Shown: positions 50,646-61,213, numbered from the stretch's first letter. The stretch: 64,000 nt of DNA from Spirochaetia bacterium (GCA_963668315.1 OY764216.1:1696001-1760000); one strand, 5' to 3'. Program-made: numbers and translations. Notes: a model not told the origin generated them from the letters alone.

Positions 50646-52449
50646 TGAGACCGTACTGGATGAATTCCGTGAAGACCGGGACGGACGTTTCAACCCCCGG
50701 GTTATGGGGCGTATCCTTTCCTACCTCAGACCGTATAAACTAGTCGTAGCCCTGGCCCTGGTCGGGCTGGTCATCTCTACCGTCGCCTCCCTGCTGGCGC
50801 CGGTGATTATTCAGAAAACCGTGGACCAGTTCATCATACCCGATGAAGCGGCCGCAATCCTTTCCAAAGCGGAGAGGCTGGCCGGAATAGAGCGTTATGC
50901 TCTTTTTTATCTGGGCCTTCTGATCTTCTCTCTGTTTTTTACCTTTGCACAGGTCTATCTGACCGCCATGACAAGCCAATATGTCATGAGGGATATCCGC
51001 AAGGAGCTGTTCGGCCACCTTATCGGCCAGTCCCTTAAGTTCCTGGGGAATACTCCCGTGGGCGGTCTGGTTTCCCGGGTCACAAGCGACGTGGAAAAAA
51101 TCAACGATTTCTTCACATCCGTAGCCCTGGCCATTCTCAAAGATATCACTCTCATGGGGGGTGTTCTTCTGACTCTGTTCCTGATGAATGCTCATCTGGC
51201 CCTTATCGTGCTGGTGACGCTGCCCCCTGTCTTTTTTCTGACCCTGTTCATAAAAAACCGAATCAGGCAGGTGTACCGGGAAGTACAGCATCAGACCTCC
51301 CGGGTGAATGCCTTTATTGCCGAATCGGTCGGGGGGATGGATGTTGTCCAGCTTTTCGGCCGGGAAAAGGGTTTCTCCCGGGATTTCGGTGAACGGAACG
51401 AAGCGCTTTTCAAGGCCAATATGAATGAGGTATATCTGTATAGTTTCTTCCGGCCCCTGGTAAACTTTTTCACTTCCGTCTCTCTGGGTGTTCTGATTTA
51501 TTTCGGGACGGGACTTCATAACAGCAGCCTGGTGTCTCTCGGCGTACTGATCGCCTTCGTCAATCTGGTGGAGCAGTTCTATCAGCCGATCCGGGATATC
51601 ACCGAGCTGATTACCGTTATGCAGTCCGCCATGGCGGGTGGCGAGCGGGTTTTCGCTCTGATCGACAGGGATGAAGCCATTCCCGACGAAGGAACATTCG
51701 AGCCGGAGACGGTCCGGGGAGATCTGGTCTTTGACAAGGTCCGGTTCGCCTATAAGGAAAATGAGCCGGTTCTGAGGGATCTGAGTTTTACGGCCCGGGC
51801 CGGAGAGACAATCGCTGTGGTCGGTACGACCGGCGCGGGCAAAACCACGATAGCCAATATGCTGGCCCGTTTCTGGGACCGTGACGAAGGAAGCATTACC
51901 CTTGATGGGCGGGATATCAGAGACTATTCCCTTCAGGCACTCAGAAGTCATATACAATCGGTCCAGCAGGATGTGACTCTCTTTTCCGGTTCCGTAAGGG
52001 AGAACATAGCCCTGGGCAAGGATATTTCCGACGAGGAGATTCATCGGGCCCTGGAGATCGTCCGTGCCGATCATTTTGTCAAGGAACTGCCCTACGGGCT
52101 GGATACCATTCTGAGCGAAGGCGCCGAGAATATCTCAGCCGGCCAGAGACAATTGCTCTCCTTCGCCCGGATCTTCGTCCATAATCCTTCGGTGGTGATT
52201 CTGGATGAGGCCACCAGCAGTATCGATACGCAGACGGAAACCTGGATTCAGGAAGGTATGGCCAATCTGCTGAAAGACAGGACCGCTCTGGTTATTGCCC
52301 ACCGTCTCTCAACCATCAGGAATGCCCAGCGTATTCTCGTCCTGGGAAAGGGATCTCTCCTGGAGGAGGGAACTCATCAGGAGCTGATAGACCGGGAGGG
52401 TATATATTACAATCTTTATAAGTTACAATACGAACAGGCCGGTCAGTAA
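50638..52449 (+). CDS. Heterodimeric ABC exporter subunit (MdlB/YheH-like)
   Basis: GTTGAGKT, ISAGQRQL, LDEATS. Confidence 0.93.
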   Translation: MSNETVLDEFREDRDGRFNPRVMGRILSYLRPYKLVVALALVGLVISTVASLLAPVIIQKTVDQFIIPDEAAAILSKAERLAGIERYALFYLGLLIFSLFFTFAQVYLTAMTSQYVMRDIRKELFGHLIGQSLKFLGNTPVGGLVSRVTSDVEKINDFFTSVALAILKDITLMGGVLLTLFLMNAHLALIVLVTLPPVFFLTLFIKNRIRQVYREVQHQTSRVNAFIAESVGGMDVVQLFGREKGFSRDFGERNEALFKANMNEVYLYSFFRPLVNFFTSVSLGVLIYFGTGLHNSSLVSLGVLIAFVNLVEQFYQPIRDITELITVMQSAMAGGERVFALIDRDEAIPDEGTFEPETVRGDLVFDKVRFAYKENEPVLRDLSFTARAGETIAVVGTTGAGKTTIANMLARFWDRDEGSITLDGRDIRDYSLQALRSHIQSVQQDVTLFSGSVRENIALGKDISDEEIHRALEIVRADHFVKELPYGLDTILSEGAENISAGQRQLLSFARIFVHNPSVVILDEATSSIDTQTETWIQEGMANLLKDRTALVIAHRLSTIRNAQRILVLGKGSLLEEGTHQELIDREGIYYNLYKLQYEQAGQ

Positions 52450-52491
52450 TTCTGCCTCAGCCGGCCTGTGTAAGAAAAAGGAGGATGTTTC

Positions 52492-52833
52492 ATGATTCAA
52501 TTGAGTGATCAGGATTTGCAGAAAGCCATAGAGAATGGCGATTTCTCCGAAGATATTCTGGGAAGCCACGAACGGGTGGCCGTCGTACTGACTCAGAGCT
52601 GGTGTCCCCAGTGGATGATGATGCGCCACTGGCTTGCTAAGATGGATGAGGATATGCGAATTTACTGGGCCGAGTATGAGAAGATGGACAGCTATCACAG
52701 CTTCATGTCATTCAAGGAGAATACCTTCGGCAACCACCTGGTTCCTTATATCCGGTTTTATAACAACAAGGAGCTGGTGGGGGAGAGCAACTACTGCAAT
52801 AAGGAGCATTTTCTGGATAAAATCGGTCTTTGA
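52492..52833 (+). CDS. Thioredoxin-fold-like small protein
   Basis: TQSWCPQW single-Cys motif, VP-like cis-Pro loop; SD GGAGG. Confidence 0.65.
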   Translation: MIQLSDQDLQKAIENGDFSEDILGSHERVAVVLTQSWCPQWMMMRHWLAKMDEDMRIYWAEYEKMDSYHSFMSFKENTFGNHLVPYIRFYNNKELVGESNYCNKEHFLDKIGL

Positions 52834-54579
52834 TCATGGTCCGGGCATATAAAATACCGCCGAAGAGTAGCCGCAGTTATTCTCACCTCCGATAAGATAA
52901 CTCTGCTTAACAACGGGCTCTATAGGTTTAAACCAGACGGCTCCGTAGGGGAGGAGAGTCATCGGCTCATCGGGATACACTCTTTGAGGTCCCTTCAGAG
53001 AGAAATCCTGACCGTTAATCATATAAGTGCCCAGGAAGGGATCCATATTGACCGCTTCCCCTGTTACAGGATCGCAAGGAATATTCCTCGTTTCCCATGA
53101 GGCTTCGTTTAGAAAGCGGAACCACTCCTCCAGGGCGCGGTCGGCATCCCGCTCCAGGGCATAACTGATATTGTCCCAGCCCGTATAATTACTGTTCTGA
53201 AGTTTTTTCAGGAAGATTTTTCCCCCTTCATCATAACCTCCTTCCTGCCAGAACAGCCAGCACAGAAAGGCCGACAGGGCGCCCCGTTTTCCCACGCTGT
53301 CCCGGGCGCCGTTGAGATCGCTCTCTTTGAGGGAATATTTATAGGGCTCTGCCAGATAGCGGGAAAAAAAGGCCATATTCCCTCCCGATTCCCCGAAACC
53401 GCAAAGCGATTCGGTCAAATGGGCCAATCCTTCGTCCAGAAAAAGTTCCTCCCCTTCGGGAGCGGCCTCGCCGCCGGCATAGGGGATATAAACCTTACGG
53501 GAGTAGTGGATCAGATGGAACAGTTCATGGCAGAAGGTTGCAGTAAGTGAGGGAACGGAGTAGGCAAACCGCTCCGGATTTTCCGAGGGATCTCCCAGAT
53601 AGACAATATCCATGCCGTTGGAAATGGGATTATATTCTTGTGAGGCGGGATCGCTGCAGAAGGCATAGAAGTCATTGGTATTGAAAAAGCCGACAGCCCT
53701 CTCTTCTTTGTTGATCTTAGGCGTGATAAGAATATCTATGGCACCGTTGCCGTTGATATCTTCCCATTCTCCCCAGAGCTCCCTCACACGGTCCAGGCAG
53801 AGGGTATGTATATTTTCCCATAGCCTATTCAGAAGCTGCTCATCCCTTTTCGATTCTTTATCAAGCCACAGATTTATTGCGGGCGATTGTAAATAGAGCT
53901 CTGCCGTAACCGTACCGGCCGAATTTCCCGATGTATTCGTATCGGCTACGATAAAATCCCTTACTTCTCCGATAAAAGGTTTTAACCCCATGGGACTATT
54001 GCTTCTGGATTTAATTTCGAAACGCCCGGGAGGGCTCTGGGACACAATCCGATCCACTCCCGTTTTCAAAAGGAAAAAGTCATCACCCGGAGGGGAAGAG
54101 GATTGTGAAACTGCCGCAGAATGCTCAGAGGTCTTTTCTTTCAGAAAAATGGAAAAAGGGGACGTCCCCAGGGAGTAGATAAGGGGAGCATATCTGCCAG
54201 GGGAAAGGGTTACCGCGTTTTCTCTCCCGTTTAATTGTATTGCGATGGATTTTCCCATTTGGTAAAGGGGAGGCTGAATCGTAATTTCCACGGAATCTTT
54301 ATTACCTGAAGGCGTTTGAAGGGTTATGAGATGGTTCCCCTCTGATAATTTTCTGGCGAATCGAAAGGAATCACCCAGGAAACCATCCTGGGATGAGACC
54401 CATGCGCAGGAGTCTGCTCCCTCAATACGGGCATCGAAAAAGACCGTTTCCCCCTCCTGATAGATCTGTCCCTCTTCAGGGGCCCTTATGCTGACTTTTT
54501 CTTCCGGGGTGGGGTGATTCGGTGCATCGCATCCCGAAAGAAAAAGCAAAGTGAGGACAATAAACGTGATTTCCCTCAT
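52834..54579 (-). CDS. Lipoprotein zinc metallopeptidase (M30/hyicolysin-like) with N-terminal Ig/PKD-like domain
   Basis: Lipobox LSGC; HELFH and LDEGLAH motifs. Confidence 0.78.
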   Translation of the reverse strand: MREITFIVLTLLFLSGCDAPNHPTPEEKVSIRAPEEGQIYQEGETVFFDARIEGADSCAWVSSQDGFLGDSFRFARKLSEGNHLITLQTPSGNKDSVEITIQPPLYQMGKSIAIQLNGRENAVTLSPGRYAPLIYSLGTSPFSIFLKEKTSEHSAAVSQSSSPPGDDFFLLKTGVDRIVSQSPPGRFEIKSRSNSPMGLKPFIGEVRDFIVADTNTSGNSAGTVTAELYLQSPAINLWLDKESKRDEQLLNRLWENIHTLCLDRVRELWGEWEDINGNGAIDILITPKINKEERAVGFFNTNDFYAFCSDPASQEYNPISNGMDIVYLGDPSENPERFAYSVPSLTATFCHELFHLIHYSRKVYIPYAGGEAAPEGEELFLDEGLAHLTESLCGFGESGGNMAFFSRYLAEPYKYSLKESDLNGARDSVGKRGALSAFLCWLFWQEGGYDEGGKIFLKKLQNSNYTGWDNISYALERDADRALEEWFRFLNEASWETRNIPCDPVTGEAVNMDPFLGTYMINGQDFSLKGPQRVYPDEPMTLLPYGAVWFKPIEPVVKQSYLIGGENNCGYSSAVFYMPGP

Positions 54580-55266
54580 CTACTCCTCCGAAAAGTAGAG
54601 GGAGGAGCCGCCCTTCTCACTGTAGGAGTAGTAATTCTGATTCCGGAGCAGGGGATCCCCCCCTATGTACTGAGCCTTTATCTGGCAGGAATAATTCCCT
54701 TCTCCTGAGAGGACCTCCCCCTGGATTATGGCCGTATTCTCCGGAGATGTCTCCAGATGGACAAGGCTCCCGTTTTTATAGAGACAAATCTGGTAAACCG
54801 TGGCTTGGGAGGATTTTTTCCAGGACAGGCGGATCTCATTTCCCGTTCCCAGGCTTTCTCCCGAGAGGGCGGAAGCGCCGGAGCTGTCCTGAAGAAGGGT
54901 AATATCCGGACTTTCCCTAAGAACATAATGATCTATTGTCTTGCTATAAGGAGTGTCAAGGAGAGTGCCGTCCACAAGAACGGTGTAATGACCGTCGGCA
55001 GAATAGGGAATCTCCCCCTCGTAGCATCCTGCATCAATATCGAAATGCAGTAGATTGACCGCTCCTCCGCTGTTTTCAATCATGACGCGGCTGCCTGTCA
55101 GGTAGTTGCCGTCCGGTCCCTCGAGATATACGGATGCCCGGCCGTTATACGATTCTCTTGATTCCAGGATCATATGTATATTCACGGAGCGATCAGAATC
55201 TTGCTGGGCCAGGGAACAGCCTGTGAGGCCAAGGCTTATAAGGAGAACACATAGGGTATATTTCAT
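54580..55266 (-). CDS. Hypothetical lipoprotein (beta-rich, FnIII-like C-terminus)
   Basis: Lipobox LTGC; LSW...YQI pattern. Confidence 0.7.
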   Translation of the reverse strand: MKYTLCVLLISLGLTGCSLAQQDSDRSVNIHMILESRESYNGRASVYLEGPDGNYLTGSRVMIENSGGAVNLLHFDIDAGCYEGEIPYSADGHYTVLVDGTLLDTPYSKTIDHYVLRESPDITLLQDSSGASALSGESLGTGNEIRLSWKKSSQATVYQICLYKNGSLVHLETSPENTAIIQGEVLSGEGNYSCQIKAQYIGGDPLLRNQNYYSYSEKGGSSLYFSEE

Positions 55267-55267
55267 C

Positions 55268-56515
55268 TTAATCCATCCTGACAGCAACAATTCTTTCTCT
55301 TTGAAGTATATAGAGAATATCATCCCGATGAGGCATATAGCGCTGTGAACGGTAGCCGGGAACCCCCAGGTTTTCATTTACCCCCAGAAGCTTGCCCGTT
55401 CTTTTATCGAATTTGCGCAGGGCGTCGGAATCCACCACATATACGTGGTCTCCGTAGATGATAGGCTTGCAGTCACGGGTATAGAGATTCTGATCTTCCC
55501 AGACGAGCTCTCCCGTAGGAATATGGAAGCATTTTAGGTAGTTGCACCAGGGAACGTAGGCGTAATCCCCGTCAATGGTGATATATTCCCAGCCACCATC
55601 GCAGGATTTTTCATAGATAATATCTCCTGTGGCTTTATCCAGAAGGGCTACTCCATCGGCACCAGTGAGAAAGAGTTTGTCACCGTTGAAGAATTGTAGA
55701 ACTTCTTGACTAATTCCTATCCATCCACATTTTTCCAGAGGGGTATTCCATATGAGATTTCCATCTATACTATAACAGGCAACGGAAAGGTCGCTCTGAT
55801 GATGCTCCGATAAATTCTTGGGGGATTGATCTTCAGGAACCTTCCTTCCTGCACCACCAAAGTAAGTATAGATTCTGTTATCTTCAAATAAGGGTTTTAC
55901 TCGAAACGTTCCATTCTTTTGATAATCGAAAAGCAATTCAGCCTTTACTTCTTGCTCTTCTGTATTTGGAATTGTGAGGCCTTTTAATGATATTTTGTAT
56001 AGTCGGTTGGAAATTTGTGTATAGTCATTATAGGTTATTACACCAGTAATAAATATATCATCATCAATGGATTTAATTCTTTTACCTTGAAGTGGAAAAC
56101 TCGAGGAGCCTTCGATAGATTGTGTACTAGCCTTTGCTACTATTTCACCTGTTTTTTTATTATAAAAAACCAAGTCTGGTCTGCTGTCACGAAAGCAAAT
56201 AATATAGTCATTCCAGCAGACAGGTTTGGTTTTAAAACCGTATAACTCTGAATTTCTCCAAAGAAGTTCACCAGTGGACAAATCCGTTGCAGACATGCCG
56301 TTTGTTGAGAATTCCGGTGTGTAAAGAATACTACCATCCATTAGGGAATCAAGATGATTTGTTATGTCATAATTATTATCTTTTTTCCAGATGATTTCAG
56401 GATAATAGTTCGTTTCAGATTGATCATCCCTATTCGTTACAATGTTTAAAAAGGGACATCCCGTAATTAATAAAAGACATAGTATCAACACCGTGAAATT
56501 CAGAGTCATTTTCAT
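55268..56515 (-). CDS. PQQ-like beta-propeller lipoprotein
   Basis: Lipobox ITGC; repeats DLSTGELLW, DGNLIW, PTGELVW. Confidence 0.82.
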   Translation of the reverse strand: MKMTLNFTVLILCLLLITGCPFLNIVTNRDDQSETNYYPEIIWKKDNNYDITNHLDSLMDGSILYTPEFSTNGMSATDLSTGELLWRNSELYGFKTKPVCWNDYIICFRDSRPDLVFYNKKTGEIVAKASTQSIEGSSSFPLQGKRIKSIDDDIFITGVITYNDYTQISNRLYKISLKGLTIPNTEEQEVKAELLFDYQKNGTFRVKPLFEDNRIYTYFGGAGRKVPEDQSPKNLSEHHQSDLSVACYSIDGNLIWNTPLEKCGWIGISQEVLQFFNGDKLFLTGADGVALLDKATGDIIYEKSCDGGWEYITIDGDYAYVPWCNYLKCFHIPTGELVWEDQNLYTRDCKPIIYGDHVYVVDSDALRKFDKRTGKLLGVNENLGVPGYRSQRYMPHRDDILYILQRERIVAVRMD

Positions 56516-57813
56516 TCCATAAAACCTTTTATCTGCATAGCTTGAAGAATTTCCACAATTCTCCCACTCTTTCCATAAATATCCTTCTTCAGAGGCTCTC
56601 CCCCGAAATCTCCCTCGCTGAAGAATTGATCTTCCGGAGGTACATTGGACCTGGCATGGTCAACTTTCAGGCTTCGAATAAAGAGCGGATCAGTTCCCGG
56701 CAGGGTCTGGGTGCCTACGGCGATGAAACCGTCGTTATCCCGTCCTCCTATAAGGTCGCCCCATCTCTGTTTGTAATTTCCGCACCAGTTGGCGGCTGTA
56801 AAGGAGTCCCTTGCCCAGGTATCGTAGCGGTGATGGAGTGGGGGAAACCAGAGGAATGACAAGGCAAGGGACTCATTTCTTATCGCTGAATGATAGAAAA
56901 CCACTTGGGCCAATGAAACGACGATTTTGATGTTTTTTTCTTTCTCTTCATCATTAGACAACCTGATGGGGTCGTTATCGGTTCCCACAATATGTCCTAT
57001 CGGTGCATAATCGGGAACCTTACTGGTAATAGTGACATTTGTCCTGTAGCCATAGTCGTTTTTTATCTGAAAGTAAACAAGGGGAACTCCGAATCTCCAC
57101 TTAATCACCGGCTTCAGATACGTTCTCTTTACATATCTCTCGGTTTTAACATCCTTCTCCTGAATATTATTCCTTACAAAGTCACTTTGTGGTCCCATAT
57201 CGGTGATCTCCCGTATGGCATCACAGGGGGCGACTGTATTAATGATGGTGTCAAAGAGTTCTTTCATGGGAAAACCATCGCCTCCGAAGTGCTTCGAGAT
57301 TTTATCATAGAGATAGATGAATACATTCAGCTTGAACTCAATCGGCATTTCATCGTAGAGTTTCCCCATGGCCGTTGAGACAGGAGTTGAGGGGCGTAGA
57401 ACCGCTGATGCCCCTCTCTCGAATATTTTTATGCTATCCAGAACCCGCCTTCTCATTACCCCGTATCCGGCATCAAGTCCGGCAAAACCGACGATGGGAG
57501 AGTCAACGGAAATGACAGCGTCAATATTCTCCTGATATCCATTTTTCATCTTCTGCATATAACCCATAGCTTTCAATCCCCCCTGACTATGGCCGACGAC
57601 AATCTGGTGGGGGTTCTCCTTTTGGGACGAGAAACCGGGAATATTGCTCTTTTCGTTCATTATTAAGTCCACTTTTTCATCAAGGGATTGGGAGAAATCT
57701 CCCCCGGCAAACTGAAATCCTTTTATCCTGGTAACATTGTATTCCATTTCTTCTGAAAAAACTTCGCAAACGGACCAAACAGTTAATATGATTAAAAATA
57801 TAGTATATTTCAT
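56512..57813 (-). CDS. Secreted alpha/beta hydrolase (lipase-like)
   Basis: Signal peptide, VGHSQGG nucleophile elbow, NDGFI and late DH as candidate Asp/His. Confidence 0.8.
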   Translation of the reverse strand: MKYTIFLIILTVWSVCEVFSEEMEYNVTRIKGFQFAGGDFSQSLDEKVDLIMNEKSNIPGFSSQKENPHQIVVGHSQGGLKAMGYMQKMKNGYQENIDAVISVDSPIVGFAGLDAGYGVMRRRVLDSIKIFERGASAVLRPSTPVSTAMGKLYDEMPIEFKLNVFIYLYDKISKHFGGDGFPMKELFDTIINTVAPCDAIREITDMGPQSDFVRNNIQEKDVKTERYVKRTYLKPVIKWRFGVPLVYFQIKNDYGYRTNVTITSKVPDYAPIGHIVGTDNDPIRLSNDEEKEKNIKIVVSLAQVVFYHSAIRNESLALSFLWFPPLHHRYDTWARDSFTAANWCGNYKQRWGDLIGGRDNDGFIAVGTQTLPGTDPLFIRSLKVDHARSNVPPEDQFFSEGDFGGEPLKKDIYGKSGRIVEILQAMQIKGFME

Positions 57814-57825
57814 CTATGCTGCCTC

Positions 57826-58836
57826 CTATAGCACAATTCTGAAAAGGGAATCATCAATTGTATTCAGCTCTATGTTTTCATATAGATCCAGATAGGTTTC
57901 CGTATAGTTGGGATCGCTAAGGTCGCCCAGCCAGATTTCCGTATCCTCCGAGGTGATTTCCCCTTCGGCAGCTTTCTTCTTCAGTTCATTCGCCGAAATC
58001 AGGGGAACATCTTCCACTGTCTCATACTCTGCTGTAATGCTGTCGGAGGTGTCTATGCGCTCTCCGAAATCATTCTTGTCTATTGTCAGGGTTCCGATCT
58101 CGATGGGGCCCTCCTCTCCGGTCTCCGATTCGGCGAACAGAGGATATGTGGTGATGGTGCGGATGGAACCGTCACTTTCGGCAATGACCATTTCGGTTGA
58201 GAATAGGGTTTCATCCTCCGTATCGAAGGATACTTTACAGCTTATGATTTCGTCCGATTCGCTTGAACCGTCCGCTATGCCGGGAAAGAAATCCTTAGGG
58301 TAGGATAGGGTTAGCAGCCCGGGCGTTGCGTCATTCACGTCAAAGGACAGGCGGCTTGCGGTGTTTTTAATGGTTCCTATATCCATCCGGCCCGACATGG
58401 GCAGACGGTCGGATTCAGAAGAGAAAAGGGGATCTCCCTCCGATGAAGGAACGGGATAACGCTCGAGAACTTCGTTTGAGTCGGGATAAATGAGGACCTG
58501 TTCTTCCGGGCTGCTGATGATAGAGCGGGAGCGCTGATCGGGGAAAGCTTCGCCGCTGAAGTCCAGTCTTGTGTAGAGAGAGCCGTTTATCATTTTCAGG
58601 GACAATCGGTATTCCTGCCTGACTTCCATATCAATGGCCTTCCGGTCATGGGAGTAATAGCTGGTAACGTCGGCGGTGTAGCTGTAGATTTCATCGGCCT
58701 CCCTGTCTCCGTTATAGATGGAGACATCACTATCTCTGAACTCATCTGCGGGAGAATCGGTCGATGAACCGGTCATGCTGCATGAAGCAGCTGTCATGAA
58801 CAGTAGTACCATGAACGGGAATAAAAATTTCTTCAT
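57826..58836 (-). CDS. Hypothetical lipoprotein, possibly LolA-like fold
   Basis: Lipobox AASC; C-terminal YENIELNTIDDSLF. Confidence 0.65.
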   Translation of the reverse strand: MKKFLFPFMVLLFMTAASCSMTGSSTDSPADEFRDSDVSIYNGDREADEIYSYTADVTSYYSHDRKAIDMEVRQEYRLSLKMINGSLYTRLDFSGEAFPDQRSRSIISSPEEQVLIYPDSNEVLERYPVPSSEGDPLFSSESDRLPMSGRMDIGTIKNTASRLSFDVNDATPGLLTLSYPKDFFPGIADGSSESDEIISCKVSFDTEDETLFSTEMVIAESDGSIRTITTYPLFAESETGEEGPIEIGTLTIDKNDFGERIDTSDSITAEYETVEDVPLISANELKKKAAEGEITSEDTEIWLGDLSDPNYTETYLDLYENIELNTIDDSLFRIVL

Positions 58837-59015
58837 TTAACATTTACCTCTTCTTGTTTTCTATGTACAGGGAGGACATTTTTTGTCGGAATAGGCAGTT
58901 TTCGGAGAAAATATTTCTAACGGGGGTCTGCAAGGCGGGGAAGAAAGAAAAAAAGGACTGAATTTTTTACAATTTCAGATATTTATAGTATTATTAAAAT
59001 CCTAGGGAGGATGTC

Positions 59016-60269
59016 ATGATAATCAGCAAATATTCCATGGGTGTTGGCGACCGTTTCGCTAAAGAGGGAAAAGCTCAGCTTCAGGCTATTAAGAAAGCAG
59101 AGGAACAGGGGGTCGTGGTCGCGCCGGTCTGGAATAAATCAAACCGGGAGCACGAAATTATTGGTTCCCTTCCCATTCATACCCGCCTGGAAGCCGACGA
59201 GGCTGTTTCGGAACTGGACTGGACCCATGACTATTATGTTGATGCCGACCATATAGGCCGGGGAAACGTGGGCAAGTTCATGGCCCATTGCGATTTTTTC
59301 ACCATCGATGTGGCGGACTTTATCGGAGCGGAGATCATGGATATTTCCGGCGATGAGATTGAAGCCTTTGCCCTGTCATGCGAGAGATTCGCCGGGGATC
59401 TTGTTCTGGACGGTCTGGATTCTCCCGTGAGAATTACGGAGGAGGCAATATTTAATACGGCCCGGAAGTATTACCCCGCCGTGAAGGAAGCCTCGGCTAT
59501 CTACCGGATGATAGAAAGGGAGAAGGGAAGGGATAACTTCGTAACCGAGATTTCCATGGATGAGACCGATTCCCCCCAGACTCCCGATGAAATGCTGATA
59601 ATTCTGGCGGCCATTGCCCGTGAGAATATTCCCGTGCAGACAATTGCCCCCCGTTTTTCCGGCCGCTTCAACAAGGGGGTCGATTACGTAGGCAATCCCG
59701 AGGATTTCGCCAGGGAATTCGAGGCGGATCTGGCGGTTATCGCCTTCGCTGTCAAGGAATTCGGTCTGCCGGAGAATCTCAAACTCAGTGTTCATTCGGG
59801 AAGCGATAAGTTTGCCATATACGGAGCGATCAGCAAGGCCCTCAAAAAGTTTGATGCGGGTATTCACCTGAAGACGGCGGGCACAACCTGGCTGGAGGAG
59901 ATCATTTCTCTGGCGGAACACGGGGGTGAAGGCCTTAAGCTGGTGAAAGAGATTTATGCCGATTCCCTGGAGCGCTTTGATGAGCTGGCCGGACCCTATG
60001 CCGAAGTTATCGATATTAACCTCAGCGCCCTGCCTGCGCCGGAAGTGACGGCCTCCTGGTCGGGAGAAAAGTTCGCCGCAGCCCTGCGGCATGACCTTTC
60101 CTGTCCCGATTACGATATGAATCTTCGGCAGATGCTGCATATCGCCTATAAATTAGCATCAGAGAAGGGCTCCCGTTTTTATCCTCTTCTGGATGAAGCC
60201 CGTGAACTCTGCGCTAAAAATGTTCATGAGAATCTCTATGAAAGGCACATCAGAAGAATCTTCTTTTAG
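59016..60269 (+). CDS. uxaE: Tagaturonate/fructuronate epimerase
   Basis: GVGDRF, DADH, EISMDET, KLSVHSGSDKF, HLKTAGTTWLE. Confidence 0.9.
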   Translation: MIISKYSMGVGDRFAKEGKAQLQAIKKAEEQGVVVAPVWNKSNREHEIIGSLPIHTRLEADEAVSELDWTHDYYVDADHIGRGNVGKFMAHCDFFTIDVADFIGAEIMDISGDEIEAFALSCERFAGDLVLDGLDSPVRITEEAIFNTARKYYPAVKEASAIYRMIEREKGRDNFVTEISMDETDSPQTPDEMLIILAAIARENIPVQTIAPRFSGRFNKGVDYVGNPEDFAREFEADLAVIAFAVKEFGLPENLKLSVHSGSDKFAIYGAISKALKKFDAGIHLKTAGTTWLEEIISLAEHGGEGLKLVKEIYADSLERFDELAGPYAEVIDINLSALPAPEVTASWSGEKFAAALRHDLSCPDYDMNLRQMLHIAYKLASEKGSRFYPLLDEARELCAKNVHENLYERHIRRIFF

Positions 60270-61213
60270 ATAAGGCCCATTCCGTTCATCACCGCCAGTC
60301 CCCCTCCTATGGTAAGCAGGGAAAAAAGCGTCGTTACGGTTATTACGTCGGCCGAGAGTTCCGTATCGTTATTCAGGGCTCCCGCCATGGCGAAGGAGGA
60401 TACCGCCGTAGGACTGCCTGCCAGAATGAACACGACCGCCAGAATCTCCCCGTCCAGTTTGAAGGGAATGGCGGCCGCCAGTACGATGAGGGGGGTGAAT
60501 ATGAGTTTGAACCCGACCGCGCCCAGAGTGGGGAGCCACCGCGATTTGAGTCCGCTTATCTTGAGTGTACCTCCAATTCCCAGAAGAGCCAGGGGAAGGG
60601 TCATGCGGGAGAGGTAGGTCAGGGATGTTTCAATGAGCACGGGCAGATGCAGTTTCAACAGGGAAAAGAGGATTCCCAGAACAATGGCGATGATCAGGGG
60701 ATTCAGCACGATATTCCGGACCTGTTTTTTCAGGCGCTCTTTCCGGTTTCCCGATTTATTCCAACCTGTCAGGGCAAAGACCGCCAGTATGTTGTAAAGG
60801 GGAATCAGAAACGCCAGCAGTCCCGCCGCAGTGGCGGAGCTTCGTTCGGGGAGAGCCCGCTCTATAATGGCCAGGCCGAATATGGCCAGGTTCCCCCGCA
60901 TGGAAGCCTGAACGAAAGCTCCCTTCTGGTCGTCTCCGGAACAGAAGATACCCGTGACTACCCAGGAAAGGAAAAAACCGGCCATGGTCCCGGCGAAAAG
61001 GAGAAGGTACAGCTTACCGTCGAAGAGCGAGCCGAAATCGGTACGGTAGACGACGGAGAAGAGAGAAGCCGGCAGAGCAAGTGTGAAAACTACCTTGCTG
61101 GAGGTGGTGATAAAAGCATCGTCTATTAGCCCTTTCCTGTGGGAAAACATTCCGACAAGGATAAGCAGGAAAACCGGTATGATAACATTCGCGCTGTAAA
61201 CTAAGCTGTTCAT
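60266..61213 (-). CDS. AEC (auxin efflux carrier) family transporter
   Basis: ALPASLF, RGNLAIFG, NPLIIA, SPTAVSS. Confidence 0.9.
   Translation of the reverse strand: MNSLVYSANVIIPVFLLILVGMFSHRKGLIDDAFITTSSKVVFTLALPASLFSVVYRTDFGSLFDGKLYLLLFAGTMAGFFLSWVVTGIFCSGDDQKGAFVQASMRGNLAIFGLAIIERALPERSSATAAGLLAFLIPLYNILAVFALTGWNKSGNRKERLKKQVRNIVLNPLIIAIVLGILFSLLKLHLPVLIETSLTYLSRMTLPLALLGIGGTLKISGLKSRWLPTLGAVGFKLIFTPLIVLAAAIPFKLDGEILAVVFILAGSPTAVSSFAMAGALNNDTELSADVITVTTLFSLLTIGGGLAVMNGMGLI

Noticed and set aside
50740..52074. 444-aa minus-strand ORF
   Set aside because: Antisense to the ABC exporter gene
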